Of a stretch of 64,000 bases of DNA, positions 18,788 to 27,469 are shown in pieces. Positions within the stretch are counted from its first letter, which is position 1, and each line of letters starts with the position of its first letter. Under the pieces are notes generated by a model, which made no database searches, had not been told where the DNA came from, and saw nothing but the letters and a program-made list of their open reading frames with translations. The DNA is from Candidatus Nealsonbacteria bacterium (lineage in GTDB: Bacteria > Patescibacteriota > Minisyncoccia > Minisyncoccales > CAZKCU01): assembly GCA_047456305.1 (NCBI GenBank), contig CP179888.1, positions 1,690-65,689 on the forward strand. The letters run 5' to 3'. A program made the translations under genes and the position numbers.

Positions 18788-19165
18788 ATGGAAACCAAAA
18801 CAATCACAACCCCAATGAAGGGGCATAAAATTGAATTGCGGGAGTGGATTACTGGGAAGGAATACGAGGAGATACAGAAGCCCATAACAGACATCCGAGC
18901 GATATTTGAAACCACCGGAATAGGGAAAGGCATGGGAAGAGGGGAAGTTAATGTCGGCGAGGCATCAAGGAAATCGACCGAGAATGCCATTAAGATAATA
19001 GTCATCTCGGTTGATGGAGAGGACAAGAATATTCTTGGAAAAGTTCAGTCGATGAGAAGCGAGGACTATCTCTTTGTTCTGAAAGAGGTGGATAATATCG
19101 CCACAGGGAAAAATTTTATCCTGCCCGCTTGGAAGCCAGAAGGCAGTATCGATTCGGAAAGCTAA
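18788..19165 (+). CDS. tail assembly chaperone
   Basis: 125-aa ORF between tube and tape measure. Confidence 0.45.
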   Translation: METKTITTPMKGHKIELREWITGKEYEEIQKPITDIRAIFETTGIGKGMGRGEVNVGEASRKSTENAIKIIVISVDGEDKNILGKVQSMRSEDYLFVLKEVDNIATGKNFILPAWKPEGSIDSES

Positions 19166-19320
19166 CCTCAGAAATGCAGATGGTATCAATCTGCGAGCTT
19201 CTGGGTTGGGATTACGATCAATACATGAGCCAGCCGGTTTGGTTTATTGAGTATTTGAAAGACAAGCTAAAGATCGACAGTGAGAATGCCCAGGAACAGA
19301 CCAGGAGGCTTAAAAAATAA
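19129..19320 (+). CDS. possible -1 frame extension of the tail assembly chaperone (G/GT-like)
   Basis: The ORF is in the -1 frame relative to 18788..19165 and overlaps it by 37 nt. The -1 frame is open from 19096. GGGAAAAATTTT at 19106-19117 is a possible, non-canonical slip site. Confidence 0.3.
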   Translation: MEARRQYRFGKLTSEMQMVSICELLGWDYDQYMSQPVWFIEYLKDKLKIDSENAQEQTRRLKK

Positions 19321-20813
19321 TGCCTGATTACAAGCTACAATTTATCATAGATGCCCAAAATAAAGCTGACAAAGTGTTCAAGCAGGTGGAAACAGGTATG
19401 GGCAAAATACAAAAAAGACTGAAGGACATGCAGCCAGCTTTCAAAAAGATGGCGATGATTGGAACTGCTGCCTTTGCTGCTGTTACTGCAGCTGTCTATA
19501 AATGTGTTCAGGCGTATTTCGCACAAGAAAGAACCGAAGCAAGATTAGCCCATCTTTTGAAACAGACCTCTGGCGCGACGAAAGAGCAAGTAGATATGCT
19601 TAAACTGCAAGCCACAGCTCTGCAAAAAGTCGGGGTTGTAGGGGACGAAGTGGTTATGATGGGACAATCCCAACTGGCGACATTCGCCTTGAATGCCGAT
19701 ACCATAAAGGTTCTTACCCCCTCGCTGATGGATATGGCTGTTTCTGTCAAGGGGGTGAATGTAACGCAGGAGGACATGATAACCATCGGGAACTTGCTCG
19801 GAAAGGTAATGGCGGGGCAGGTCGGCGCTTTGGGGAGGTATGGTGTGACTTTAAGCGACACCCAGATAGAGCAGTTGAAAATGGGAACTGAAATGGAAAG
19901 AGCAACAGTTTTGGCAGAAGTTTTGGAGGGGAACTATGGCGGATTAAATGAAGCAACAAGAGAGACAGCTGAAGGAGGGATGAAGGCCCTGAAGAATGAG
20001 ATGGGAGACTTAACAGAAAAAATAGGAGAGGCTTTTATCCCAATGCTTGAATCGGTAATCGAAAAAGTGTCTCCCGTAGTTGAAAAAATGGATAAATGGA
20101 TTAAAGAAAATCCCGAGCTTACAAAGACCATAATTATTGTTGCTGCTGCCATCGCAGGATTGGTGGCGATAATCGGAGGGCTTGGATTGATTCTGCCTGG
20201 TATAATAGCAGGCTTTGGTCTTTTGTCGGTTCCAGTATTTATTATTATTGGACTTTTAGCTCTTTTAGGTCTTGCCATTTACAAAATTAAGGAAAACTGG
20301 GCAAAAGACTTAGAGACTTTGAAGTGGATTTGGGAAAATTTCAAAGTAGGTTTGGAAGGAATTTGGACTCACATCCATGATTTCTTTGTAGAGACTTGGG
20401 AAGGAATAAAAAGTGATTTTAAGACAGGGGTAAACTTTCTGATAGGGCTGGCAGAAGGATGGGCGAACATGTGGGTCAAAGCGGTCAATGTGATTATAGG
20501 AGCATTAAACAAATTAAAAATTTCAGTGCCGTGGTGGGTTCCAGGGATCGGGGGAAAGTCCTGGGGTGTCAATATAGCAAAGGCAGCAGAGGTTGTGCTT
20601 CCTCGTTTAGCTAAGGGAGGACTGATTATGGGACCTACTGCAGTATTGGCCGGAGAAAAAGAGCCAGAGGCCATAGTCCCTTTAAGCAGAATGGCATTGG
20701 CTGGAGGAACAATCAATGTCTATATCCAGGGTGGCAATTATCTCTCGAGAGACGCAGCATTAATGTTTGGGAAGGAAATTGCCAAGGAGGTAAAGCGCAA
20801 CATCAAATTGTAA
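19320..20813 (+). CDS. tape measure protein
   Basis: 497 aa. Helical N-terminus, central hydrophobic block (IIIVAAAIAGLVAIIGGLGLILPGIIAGFGLL...). Canonical position. Confidence 0.75.
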   Translation: MPDYKLQFIIDAQNKADKVFKQVETGMGKIQKRLKDMQPAFKKMAMIGTAAFAAVTAAVYKCVQAYFAQERTEARLAHLLKQTSGATKEQVDMLKLQATALQKVGVVGDEVVMMGQSQLATFALNADTIKVLTPSLMDMAVSVKGVNVTQEDMITIGNLLGKVMAGQVGALGRYGVTLSDTQIEQLKMGTEMERATVLAEVLEGNYGGLNEATRETAEGGMKALKNEMGDLTEKIGEAFIPMLESVIEKVSPVVEKMDKWIKENPELTKTIIIVAAAIAGLVAIIGGLGLILPGIIAGFGLLSVPVFIIIGLLALLGLAIYKIKENWAKDLETLKWIWENFKVGLEGIWTHIHDFFVETWEGIKSDFKTGVNFLIGLAEGWANMWVKAVNVIIGALNKLKISVPWWVPGIGGKSWGVNIAKAAEVVLPRLAKGGLIMGPTAVLAGEKEPEAIVPLSRMALAGGTINVYIQGGNYLSRDAALMFGKEIAKEVKRNIKL

Positions 20814-20814
20814 A

Positions 20815-22224
20815 ATGGAAATTCAAATTATCATAAACGAGGAAGATAGGACGTCTGACATCGCCCTTGACAGTATCCAAAAGGAGGATCTGATAAACGA
20901 GACGAAAGATACCCTGATGTTTCAAGTCAGGAAATACGGGACGAAGGGCTTTGTGCCGAAAGTGAACGAGGAGGTGGTGATGAATATAGACGGGCAGATA
21001 GAGTTCGGAGGGGCGATAGTGAGCGTCGAGAAGTCAATACAGGCAGGGCAGATGGTCGTTTATGATGTCGTTTGCTCTGACTACTCGCTGTTCCTTAACA
21101 GGAAGCTAGTGCTGGAGAGGTTTGATAATCAAACAGTAAACTACATTATCGATTTCATAGCGGATAAATATGCAGAAGGTTTCACGATAATAAATGTCAA
21201 CTGCCCGGTAGAAGTGAAGACAATGACATTCAACCGCCTGACGATGTCGGAATGTCTTGAGAAGCTGGCGAAGGCCGTGGGATATTCTTGGTATGTCGAT
21301 TACGATAAGGATCTCCATTTCTTCCCCAAAAACGAGAATTCGGCACCTTTCATAGTAGAAGACGACAACGGAAAATACTTGCAGGACACTCTAAAGATAA
21401 CGGACGATTTGAGCCAGATAAGAAACAAAGTCTTCATCAGGGGTTCGGAGGAGAGAGCAACAGCAAGGACTGAGATATACGTCGGCGATGCGGACCAGAA
21501 AATATTCCCTCTGGCCAACAAATTCGCCGAAAAGCCGACAGTTGAAGTTAATGATGTCGAGGTGGATGTCGGTGTGGATTACTTGCACAAGGAAGAGGAC
21601 TATGACTGCTTCTGGAATTTTCTGCAGAAATACATGAGGTTCAAGGAGAACATGGATGGGAAGAAAGTTGAGATTATAGGTATCCCTTTGTTCCCTGTTC
21701 TGGTGGCAATTCCAGAGTCAGTTTCAATTATCAAGTATGGAATTTACGAATTTTTCAAAGAAGAGAAAAGCATCGCAAGCAGGGAAGAGGCACTGAAATA
21801 TGCCCAAGCCCAACTGGAGGCATACAAGGACGGAGTAATGGAGGGGGGCTTTCAGACGGACACTCCCGGATTGAGAAGCGGACAGATAATAAGGATAAAT
21901 TCCTCTTTGCTCGGCATCGACGAAGAGTTCTTGATACAAAAGGTCTCATTCAGTGCGATAGCGAAAGACAAGGGGATATGGTCTGTGGACCTGGCCATGA
22001 TGAGGATTGTCGGTATTATTCAAGTGCTCCAGGATTTGATAAGAGCCAGGGAGATAAGAGAATTTGACCCAGAGAATCTGTTTACTTTATTACAATTAGA
22101 AGATAGTTGCGGAGCGACTGATTCCATAGAAGCTCCAGTTGTGACAACTACAAAGGATTATGTTTGGGTTGGGAATAGCGAACCAAACCCTATAATCTGG
22201 AATTGTTGGACTTGGGCTGATTAA
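20815..22224 (+). CDS. distal tail / baseplate-hub-like tail protein
   Basis: 469-aa ORF immediately after the tape measure. Confidence 0.5.
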   Translation: MEIQIIINEEDRTSDIALDSIQKEDLINETKDTLMFQVRKYGTKGFVPKVNEEVVMNIDGQIEFGGAIVSVEKSIQAGQMVVYDVVCSDYSLFLNRKLVLERFDNQTVNYIIDFIADKYAEGFTIINVNCPVEVKTMTFNRLTMSECLEKLAKAVGYSWYVDYDKDLHFFPKNENSAPFIVEDDNGKYLQDTLKITDDLSQIRNKVFIRGSEERATARTEIYVGDADQKIFPLANKFAEKPTVEVNDVEVDVGVDYLHKEEDYDCFWNFLQKYMRFKENMDGKKVEIIGIPLFPVLVAIPESVSIIKYGIYEFFKEEKSIASREEALKYAQAQLEAYKDGVMEGGFQTDTPGLRSGQIIRINSSLLGIDEEFLIQKVSFSAIAKDKGIWSVDLAMMRIVGIIQVLQDLIRAREIREFDPENLFTLLQLEDSCGATDSIEAPVVTTTKDYVWVGNSEPNPIIWNCWTWAD

Positions 22225-22228
22225 AAAT

Positions 22229-22756
22229 ATGAAATTAAAATTCAAAGACAAAGCAACAATAAAAGGGAAATTAAGATTTACAACCTACAAAGCCGAAAAT
22301 TGGTTTGGCAGGTTATTGGTTTGGCTCAAACTAAAAGAAAGAAAAATGCTAAGGCAGACTGGTTGGATGAAAAATCTCGTTGTCTTAAATAGCACTGGCA
22401 ATGGGCATGGAATGAACTTGCTTGTCAAGAGATTGATAAACAATACAACAAACGATTTGATAATTACGCAGGCGAAGATTGGAGACGATGATACTGCCCC
22501 TGTTAATGGCGATACTGATTTAGGAAATCCATTAGTAAGTGGAATTGTAGTAGCCACAGCAACCGAAACTGCCGTTAATATAGCGACTTTTGAATTCTTT
22601 ATATCGGATGCAGAATTGCCTGAAGATGATTATAAGGAGTTCGGGATTTTCTGCGGAAATCAATTATTCGCAAGAAGTATAATCTCTCCTACCTATACAA
22701 AAAGCATCGGAGAAGACAGCAAAATTGAATATAAAATAACGGTAAATAATACATAA
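22229..22756 (+). CDS. hypothetical tail-tip protein
   Basis: 175-aa ORF in the tail module. Confidence 0.35.
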   Translation: MKLKFKDKATIKGKLRFTTYKAENWFGRLLVWLKLKERKMLRQTGWMKNLVVLNSTGNGHGMNLLVKRLINNTTNDLIITQAKIGDDDTAPVNGDTDLGNPLVSGIVVATATETAVNIATFEFFISDAELPEDDYKEFGIFCGNQLFARSIISPTYTKSIGEDSKIEYKITVNNT

Positions 22757-22757
22757 T

Positions 22758-23327
22758 ATGTCATTTCAAAAAGGACATCCTCAAAAAGAAGAAACAAGAG
22801 AGAAAATCAGACAAACAATGATTGGAAATAAAAATCCAATGTGGGGAAGGAAACATTCAAAAGAAACAATCGCTAAAATGAAGAAAAGTAGGACTGGACA
22901 ACCAAGCAATACACTCGGAAAACATTGGAAGGTAAAAGATACTTCTAATTATAGTAAAGTAGCGAGACGGAGACATTATACAGAAGAAACCAAGAAAAAG
23001 ATAAGTGAATCTAAAAAAGGAGAGAATCATTCAAGATGGATAAAGGATAGAAGTTTAATTGCCCCTGAAAGAAACTCTACAGAATACAGACAATGGCGTT
23101 ACCAGATTTTTAAAAGGGATAGACATATTTGTAGAATAAATAATGAGGATTGCTCTGGAGAAGTTGTGGCTCATCACATATTGAGCTGGTCGGATTTCCC
23201 AGAATTAAGATATAACATTAACAATGGCATCACTTTATGCCAAGCCCATCATCCAAGAAAAAGGGCTGAAGAGAAACGGCTAATTCCATTTTTTAAGGAA
23301 TTAGTGCCAGTATCAAATGAATTATAA
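22758..23327 (+). CDS. HNH homing endonuclease with NUMOD-like DNA-binding repeats
   Basis: Repeated G.KNPMWGRKHSKET / SKKGENHSRW motifs, followed by HNH (VVAHHILSW...NGITLCQAHH). Confidence 0.75.
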   Translation: MSFQKGHPQKEETREKIRQTMIGNKNPMWGRKHSKETIAKMKKSRTGQPSNTLGKHWKVKDTSNYSKVARRRHYTEETKKKISESKKGENHSRWIKDRSLIAPERNSTEYRQWRYQIFKRDRHICRINNEDCSGEVVAHHILSWSDFPELRYNINNGITLCQAHHPRKRAEEKRLIPFFKELVPVSNEL

Positions 23328-23926
23328 TGGCGTTTCCAAAATCCAGCCCAGTCGCCGGTGGCGATACTGGTAGAATTGGACAACATAATGATTTGAGAGA
23401 TGATGTTATAGATGTTAACACTCGAAAGGTTGAGAAAACCGGCAATGAAACGATTAACGGAATTAAAACATTCGGTTCTATTCTTCTTTTACCTGCTGCC
23501 AATCCGACTACTGATAATCAGGCAACAAGAAAGAAATATGTTGATAGTTTTCCTTATGCTCCTAAAAGTGGCGTAGTGACTAAAGATATAGGTGATACTG
23601 TGGTGACTCAGGTAATACCTCACGGATTAGGAAGAGTTCCAAAATTTGTTAGGATAACTGCAACTTGGGGAGTATCTAATGAAAACCAGGAGCATAGTAT
23701 ATCAACAGGAACATATAATGGTTCTACGACTGCGACAGTCTATGGTTGGATTTTCTCAGCTAATTCAGGTTCAGGTTCAAGTTCTACTTATATGGTTTTA
23801 GTATATGATGGTGCACAAAAGTATAGACATGCCACTATCGCAATAGATGCAACCAATATCACCTTAACTTGGAGTAAAGAATCAGTTCCAGAGGGAACTG
23901 CTCGTCTGCTCTGGGAAGTTTTCTAA
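23327..23926 (+). CDS. tail fibre protein
   Basis: The N-terminus HNDLRDDVIDVNTRKVEKTGNETINGIKTF...DNQATRKKYVD is a common tail-fibre N-terminal pattern. Confidence 0.6.
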   Translation: MAFPKSSPVAGGDTGRIGQHNDLRDDVIDVNTRKVEKTGNETINGIKTFGSILLLPAANPTTDNQATRKKYVDSFPYAPKSGVVTKDIGDTVVTQVIPHGLGRVPKFVRITATWGVSNENQEHSISTGTYNGSTTATVYGWIFSANSGSGSSSTYMVLVYDGAQKYRHATIAIDATNITLTWSKESVPEGTARLLWEVF

Positions 23927-24085
23927 ATATGCCTAAAAGAATAAGACAATTGATTGATACCGAATTGGAAGTAGCCTCTTTGGGGATTATATCTATTTAA
24001 AATTTAAGATTCAAAACTAAAAAAGGCATCCGCCAAGCAGAAATCCCGCAAAAGATAACCGCTTTTTGGATGCCGAGTTAATTAT

Positions 24086-24337
24086 ATGAATTTATTTGAA
24101 TTGGCACAATTCGGAGTAGCAATATTTGCGGTAGGTTGTTTAGCTTATGTTATTACTTTTGTGGTGAAGAAGTTTTTAGACTTCCTAAAAAGACAGGAGG
24201 ATAATTTTACTGACATTATCAAAAACCATATAAGCGATGACACAGAAGCCAAGAAGCAATTGGAGAAATCACATGTTGGATTGACAAAAGTAATAGAACA
24301 GTTGCTTAGATTTCTTGAAAGAAACAACAGAAAATAG
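24086..24337 (+). CDS. holin-like small membrane protein
   Basis: One N-terminal TM segment (FGVAIFAVGCLAYVITFVV) and a charged C-terminus. Lies upstream of the lysin. Confidence 0.4.
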   Translation: MNLFELAQFGVAIFAVGCLAYVITFVVKKFLDFLKRQEDNFTDIIKNHISDDTEAKKQLEKSHVGLTKVIEQLLRFLERNNRK

Positions 24338-24363
24338 TTCTTTAAAAGGTGAAAGGAGAAATA

Positions 24364-24582
24364 ATGGGAGAACATTATGAAATGGAGATAATCTACAATG
24401 AGTTCGTTAAAAGCGAAGCGGATATAAAGGCAATTAAAAAGCTGTTGGAAAAGTGGGTAAGAAAGAAAAACAAAGTCCAGATCCAAGTAATCGTGGAGAA
24501 GTGGGAAACGAAGGGAGGCAAAAATGAAGAAGCTCTTGAAGCGGACATTAGGCATCGTCAGGGAATTAAAGAGACTAATTAA
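24364..24582 (+). CDS. hypothetical small protein
   Basis: ATG preceded by AAAGGAGAAATA. 72 aa. Confidence 0.3.
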   Translation: MGEHYEMEIIYNEFVKSEADIKAIKKLLEKWVRKKNKVQIQVIVEKWETKGGKNEEALEADIRHRQGIKETN

Positions 24583-24712
24583 GGGTTTGGAGATAGTAAA
24601 AGGACACACCAAAAAACCCAATGACATCACTACCCTTCTAAATATATGTTTAGGAATGGAGATAATTGTGGAAAATCTGATAAGAAACAATAAAGAAGGT
24701 GATAGAAAATGA
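24524..24712 (+). CDS. hypothetical small protein
   Basis: ATG preceded by GGGAGGCAAAA. Overlaps the previous ORF in another frame. Confidence 0.3.
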   Translation: MKKLLKRTLGIVRELKRLIKGLEIVKGHTKKPNDITTLLNICLGMEIIVENLIRNNKEGDRK

Positions 24713-24846
24713 TTGAGGTTTTAATATGCGAGGAATGCAATGCTATACATCCTGATACTTATGACGGATTAAACTGCCGAAAATGTGGTGGCAAATTAGT
24801 TCTCACTGAGTTTCCTGAGAGGGAAGTCCAAGATGATGATGAATAA
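24709..24846 (+). CDS. 45-aa zinc-ribbon protein (below the ORF-track cutoff)
   Basis: Hand translation gives MIEVLICEECNAIHPDTYDGLNCRKCGGKLVLTEFPEREVQDDDE. ATGA overlap with the previous ORF. A GTCGGGGC/GCCCCGAC hairpin follows at 24856-24892. Confidence 0.35.
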   Translation: MIEVLICEECNAIHPDTYDGLNCRKCGGKLVLTEFPEREVQDDDE

Positions 24847-25001
24847 TCATCTCAAGTCGGGGCTTCTATTTCAAAAGAGTAGTTGCCCCGACCAATTATG
24901 AAAATCATTAAGCTATTAAAACAATTAAAAAAAATAAAACTTCCTTTTAGGCCGAGAGGGAAGAGAAATAGAATTTGGAAAAAGTTAAAAAAGGAAATCA
25001 A

Positions 25002-25913
25002 ATGAGCTTATTTAAAAAACAATTTAATATACCCTTATCCGGTTGTATTCCAAGCCCCCTTGATAAGAGAGATGTTTTAACATCGGAAATTGACCCCGAA
25101 ATAAAAAGATTTCCCAAAATTTGCCCCCCGCCCTTTGACTTAACTGTCCTTAAACAGGAAGGGCCAAGCTGTGTTGGATTTAGCGGAGCTTCCATAAAAC
25201 AGGAAAAAGAGTTTAGAGAGAGAAACTCTGTGATATTTGATGGACTGTGGCTTTATAAGAAATGCAAAGAGATTGATAACTATTCAGGGCCGGGAACTTA
25301 TCTGAGGATATTATTAAAAGTCCTTCAGAAATTCGGGGCAAAACCTCTGGGAGCTTCAGAATCAGAAGCTGAAAAGTATAAAATCGGTGGATATGCCAGA
25401 GTAGATGACTTATCATTTGAAGGATTAAAAAAGGAGATTTTTGTTCACGGAGCTTTATTAGCAGGATTTACCGGCTCAAATGCTGGCTGGAAATCGGCTT
25501 ATATCAGGCTACCAAGAACGGGAGAAAGAAAATGGGGACACGCAACCAATTTACCAGCTTATAGAGAAAATTATCTTGACGGTCAAAATAGTTGGGGAAG
25601 GGAGTGGGGAGGTCATAAAGGATTGTTTTATGTGCCGAGAAATTATCTTCCTTTTGAAGCGTGGGTTATTTTAACTGACCTGCCTTCGCAGTTTTTAACT
25701 CCCTCTATTCAGCAAGGTTATGTGGCTCGGGAGTATCTGCGGACTAATAAATATCTGTTAAATCAGGAAGTTTATCCTGTTGTTGGTCTTGTTTTGAGAA
25801 AAACACCTGCGGGAGAAAAGATCCTTACTTTACAAAAAGGACAGAAGTGTATGGTAATTGGCGAGGCAATTAAAAAAGGAAATTATAATTGGATTAAAGT
25901 AAGGATAAAATGA
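25002..25913 (+). CDS. endolysin: papain-like (C1 family) cysteine peptidase domain plus C-terminal SH3b-like domain
   Basis: QEGPSCVGFS (Cys), WGHATNL (His) and QNSWGREWGGHKGLFYV (Asn/NSWG) mirror the papain C1 catalytic motifs. C-terminus VGLVLRKTPAGEKILTLQKGQKCMVIGE..NWIKVRI is SH3-like. ATG at 25002. Confidence 0.7.
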   Translation: MSLFKKQFNIPLSGCIPSPLDKRDVLTSEIDPEIKRFPKICPPPFDLTVLKQEGPSCVGFSGASIKQEKEFRERNSVIFDGLWLYKKCKEIDNYSGPGTYLRILLKVLQKFGAKPLGASESEAEKYKIGGYARVDDLSFEGLKKEIFVHGALLAGFTGSNAGWKSAYIRLPRTGERKWGHATNLPAYRENYLDGQNSWGREWGGHKGLFYVPRNYLPFEAWVILTDLPSQFLTPSIQQGYVAREYLRTNKYLLNQEVYPVVGLVLRKTPAGEKILTLQKGQKCMVIGEAIKKGNYNWIKVRIK

Positions 25914-25916
25914 CTT

Positions 25917-26294
25917 ATGAACGAAACAAGATTAGAAAATGCAAAAAGAAGATGTAGATGTGGATTTCAAAATCCCAAAAAAGACTCTTGGGCAAGAAGG
26001 AGAAGTATTCATCGGTGTTTAAAAGGAATTTTTATTCCACCAAAATTTCGAAAAATAGAAGAAGCAAAGGTCGCAGAAGTTAAAGAAGCAAAAATTATGA
26101 AATCAATTTACAAATCAAAGACTCTTTGGTTTAACTTGTTGGCTTTGATTCTAATGGTAGCCGGGAATTTCGGGTTTAAAGAATTCATACCTTCCCTTTG
26201 GGTAAATGATGTTGGTGTGGCGATAATAGTAATTGTTAATCTGATTTTAAGGTTTCTAACCAAGCAGCCAGTGAAGTTTTCTCTAAAAAAATAG
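25917..26294 (+). CDS. membrane protein (second holin/spanin candidate)
   Basis: Basic N-terminus and two C-terminal TM segments (LWFNLLALILMVAGNFGF, VGVAIIVIVNLILRFL). Confidence 0.4.
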   Translation: MNETRLENAKRRCRCGFQNPKKDSWARRRSIHRCLKGIFIPPKFRKIEEAKVAEVKEAKIMKSIYKSKTLWFNLLALILMVAGNFGFKEFIPSLWVNDVGVAIIVIVNLILRFLTKQPVKFSLKK

Positions 26295-26323
26295 CTTGAT
26301 ACTCCCATTGCTTTGCCTGTCTA

Positions 26324-26351
26324 TTGACAAGGACTATGAAGGTATTATAAT
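26324..26351 (+). promoter_or_regulatory. near-consensus promoter TTGACA-16-TATAAT, 6 nt from the ATG (leaderless geometry)
   Basis: TTGACA at 26324-26329, TATAAT at 26346-26351, ATG at 26358. Confidence 0.6.
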
Positions 26352-26357
26352 GAAGTA

Positions 26358-26768
26358 ATGTCAATAGAAAAAATAGTTTATTTAGCAGGAATAATAGATG
26401 GGGAAGGATGTGTTAAACCTTCTAAAAGCAATTATCCACGATGTATAGTATCCAATACTTCAAAAGAATTGGTTGATTGGCTTTATGATAATTTTGGAGG
26501 GTATAAAAGTCCCAGTAAAAGAGAAGGAAATAGAAAATTACAATATTGGTGGATGTTACGAAAAAAAGAGATGAAAAATATCCTTCCTTTAATTATTCCT
26601 TATTTAATAATTAAAAAAGAAGAAGCAAAGCAATCTTTAAGATTGGCACAGAAAGAATATCCTAATCCCTTTTTGGGAAGAAAACATACTAAAAAATCTA
26701 AAAGAAAAATGACTAAAGCATTAAAAAAAATTTGGAAAGATAGAAAACTTATGAATTTAAAAAAATAG
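26358..26768 (+). CDS. LAGLIDADG homing endonuclease, copy 2
   Basis: YLAGIIDGEGC motif. Long collinear similarity to copy 1 (SNTSKELVDWLYDNFGGYK..NRKLQYWW..IPYLIIKKEEAKQ). Confidence 0.8.
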   Translation: MSIEKIVYLAGIIDGEGCVKPSKSNYPRCIVSNTSKELVDWLYDNFGGYKSPSKREGNRKLQYWWMLRKKEMKNILPLIIPYLIIKKEEAKQSLRLAQKEYPNPFLGRKHTKKSKRKMTKALKKIWKDRKLMNLKK

Positions 26769-26791
26769 CTGGGAAAGCAATAATACTCCTA

Positions 26792-27235
26792 ATGATTTCC
26801 TTGTGCTTATTGGGTCAGCCTCTTATTGCTCAAGCCCCTTCAATTCCTTCTGAGACATCTCTTGTGTTTATCCAAGAGAATTCGGTGATGGCAGTTTCAA
26901 AGCTCTCTAATCCGCCTAAAACTGGCACTTTAGGAGCTTTATATGGCGAGGAGGATATAAGAGACCTTATAAGGAAGAAATATCCAGAATTATATTGGAT
27001 TGTTAAATGCGAATCAAATTTTAGACCAAATGTATGTTCCTTTGCTGGATGCCCGGCAGGAATGGGATTGATACAAGTCATCCCATCCAGTTTGAGGTTG
27101 TGCAAGAAAGAATTAGAAAAAGAACTAAATCCTTATAATGTTGAGGATAATTTAGAATGCGGAAAGGTTCTTTTAAGAATTCAAGGCTTAAATGCGTGGA
27201 ATTCAAGTAGAAATTGCTGGCAACAGTATTATTAA
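26792..27235 (+). CDS. lytic transglycosylase (SLT domain), secreted
   Basis: N-terminal signal-like segment. VKCESNFRPNVCS...AGMGLIQV matches the E-S...GLMQ SLT motif. Confidence 0.7.
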   Translation: MISLCLLGQPLIAQAPSIPSETSLVFIQENSVMAVSKLSNPPKTGTLGALYGEEDIRDLIRKKYPELYWIVKCESNFRPNVCSFAGCPAGMGLIQVIPSSLRLCKKELEKELNPYNVEDNLECGKVLLRIQGLNAWNSSRNCWQQYY

Positions 27236-27297
27236 AAATATCTAAATATGCTTGCCTGTCTTGACAGAGTTTCTTGCTTGTGTTATTAGCAAAGCGG

Positions 27298-27326
27298 TTG
27301 GGATTGGCAACCAAAACTGCTATAAT
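27298..27326 (+). promoter_or_regulatory. promoter TTGGGA-17-TATAAT
   Basis: TTGGGA at 27298-27303 and TATAAT at 27321-27326. A second weaker TTGACA-17-TATTAG lies at 27261-27289. Confidence 0.5.
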
Positions 27327-27332
27327 ATAGTT

Positions 27333-27412
27333 AGCCGTGAGTAAGAAGTTAATTTCTTCTGAAAGTGGTTGCCCGTGAGTAGGTGCCAATTCCACCGAAA
27401 GCGGGCTTTTTT
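27333..27412 (+). ncRNA. candidate ~80-nt phage small RNA
   Basis: No ORF. Lies downstream of the TATAAT promoter. Hairpins AGAAG-N7-CTTCT (27344-27360), GGTG-N7-CACC (27382-27395) and GCCCG...CGGGC, followed by TTTTTT (27407-27412). Internal direct repeat GCC(C)GTGAGTA. Confidence 0.35.
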
Positions 27413-27469
27413 ATTAGGAGGGATAGAATAAAAGAAAGGCCGAGAAAGAAAATAAAAGAATATGAGAAT

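Noticed and set aside
19335-20716. Minus-strand ORFs within the tape measure gene (19508..19861, 19934..20278, 20369..20716 and others).
   Set aside because: They are antisense shadows of a 497-aa ORF that has the expected tape-measure features and position.
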